Below are positions 63,167-64,000 of a stretch of 64,000 nt of DNA, piece by piece. The stretch lies in the NCBI RefSeq assembly GCF_052425735.1, contig NC_135765.1:29450001-29514000 (forward strand), read 5' to 3'. The translations under genes and the position numbers were made by a program. The stretch's first letter is position 1; every line of letters begins with the position of its first letter. The notes beneath the pieces were generated by a model. That model saw nothing but the letters and a program-made list of their open reading frames with translations, was not told the origin of the DNA and did no database searches. This DNA comes from Oculina patagonica. Lineage: Eukaryota.

Positions 63167-64000
63167 TCCTGAATTAGCTCATGTCAGTTTACCAAAAGGA
63201 ATCTTCTCGTATGTAGGTTTTAATTTTTCCATTTTTTAGCTTTTTTGCTTTGTTCTTTTGCAAAAACGCTGTTGTATATCATCCAACACCGCGTTTTTAT
63301 ATAGAATTAAAAAGAAACATAATAAAGTGATTTGGCGAATTTAGCGTTTTTCTCAGTGATTGCACAAGAAATATATTTTCTGTTTTGTTTTGAACGAAAA
63401 CTTCTGGATTTTCATTACTTGTAAAAAGTGTATCTTAGGTTTTAAAACAGATTTAATTAAGATAAATGAATGGTGTTTCTGTTGGATACCAGTTTTGCGT
63501 GAAGCTTAAGTTATATAAATTTAAAGAGAGTTTGAGTTTCATTGTTTCACTAAAAAGGTATCCTCGATATTTTTTGTGAAATGACTAATACTTATGAAGA
63601 CGTTCATGCCATAAAACCTAACAGTTCAAATATTCCAGTACGTCTTTCTGTTTGCAAGACCGTAAAAAATAAGCACCGTGAAACGAAGCTCGCGTTAATT
63701 GGGGACAAAAAACCTGATAGTTCAAATATTCAAATATATAGCTCAAATATTCTAGTTCAAATATTTTAAGATCCGTACGTCTTTTCTGTTTGCAAGACCG
63801 TAAATATTAAGTACCGTGAAACGAAGCTTACGTTAATTGATACAATCTGTTGAAACACATATTAAAGCTTATATTACTCCCGCTCTCGTCCTTTTACGCT
63901 CTCAGAGTCCGATATTAAAAATATTTCCTTAAATATTGATTTTTACTGGCTTCGCCTAAACAATTGAAGCAATGTAGTTATTTTTGGAAAAGACTGTTTA

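Overview
Eukaryotic, intron-containing, AT-rich and repeat-dense genomic DNA. The repeat families and NLR architecture suggest a cnidarian, most likely a stony coral (inference). The core is a tandem pair of + strand NLR immune genes with the architecture DZIP3-type HEPN (RxxxxxH intact) - coiled-coil linker built from small symmetric phase-1 exons - NACHT - 28-aa LRRs. NLR-A CDS spans 21044-43474 and NLR-B CDS spans 57590-63166; each has a duplicated multi-exon non-coding 5' region. Intron 2 of NLR-A is inflated to about 16.6 kb (about 0.6 kb in NLR-B) by nested transposons. These include a TIR-complete, TTAA-flanked Kolobok-type element (31323-36642) encoding a DDE transposase fused to an intact DEDDh (PML/TREX-like) exonuclease, preceded by an overlapping ORF resembling a mitochondrially targeted membrane protein. 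A stand-alone 6xTPR gene lies at 914-1702 (-). The remainder is SINEs, LINE tails, MITEs (MULE, Harbinger, TcMar, 8-bp-TSD type), Crypton-like hairpin elements, satellites and one N gap (6513-7031). All calls were made by eye with no database searches, and exon models are inferred from splice signals and paralog comparison.
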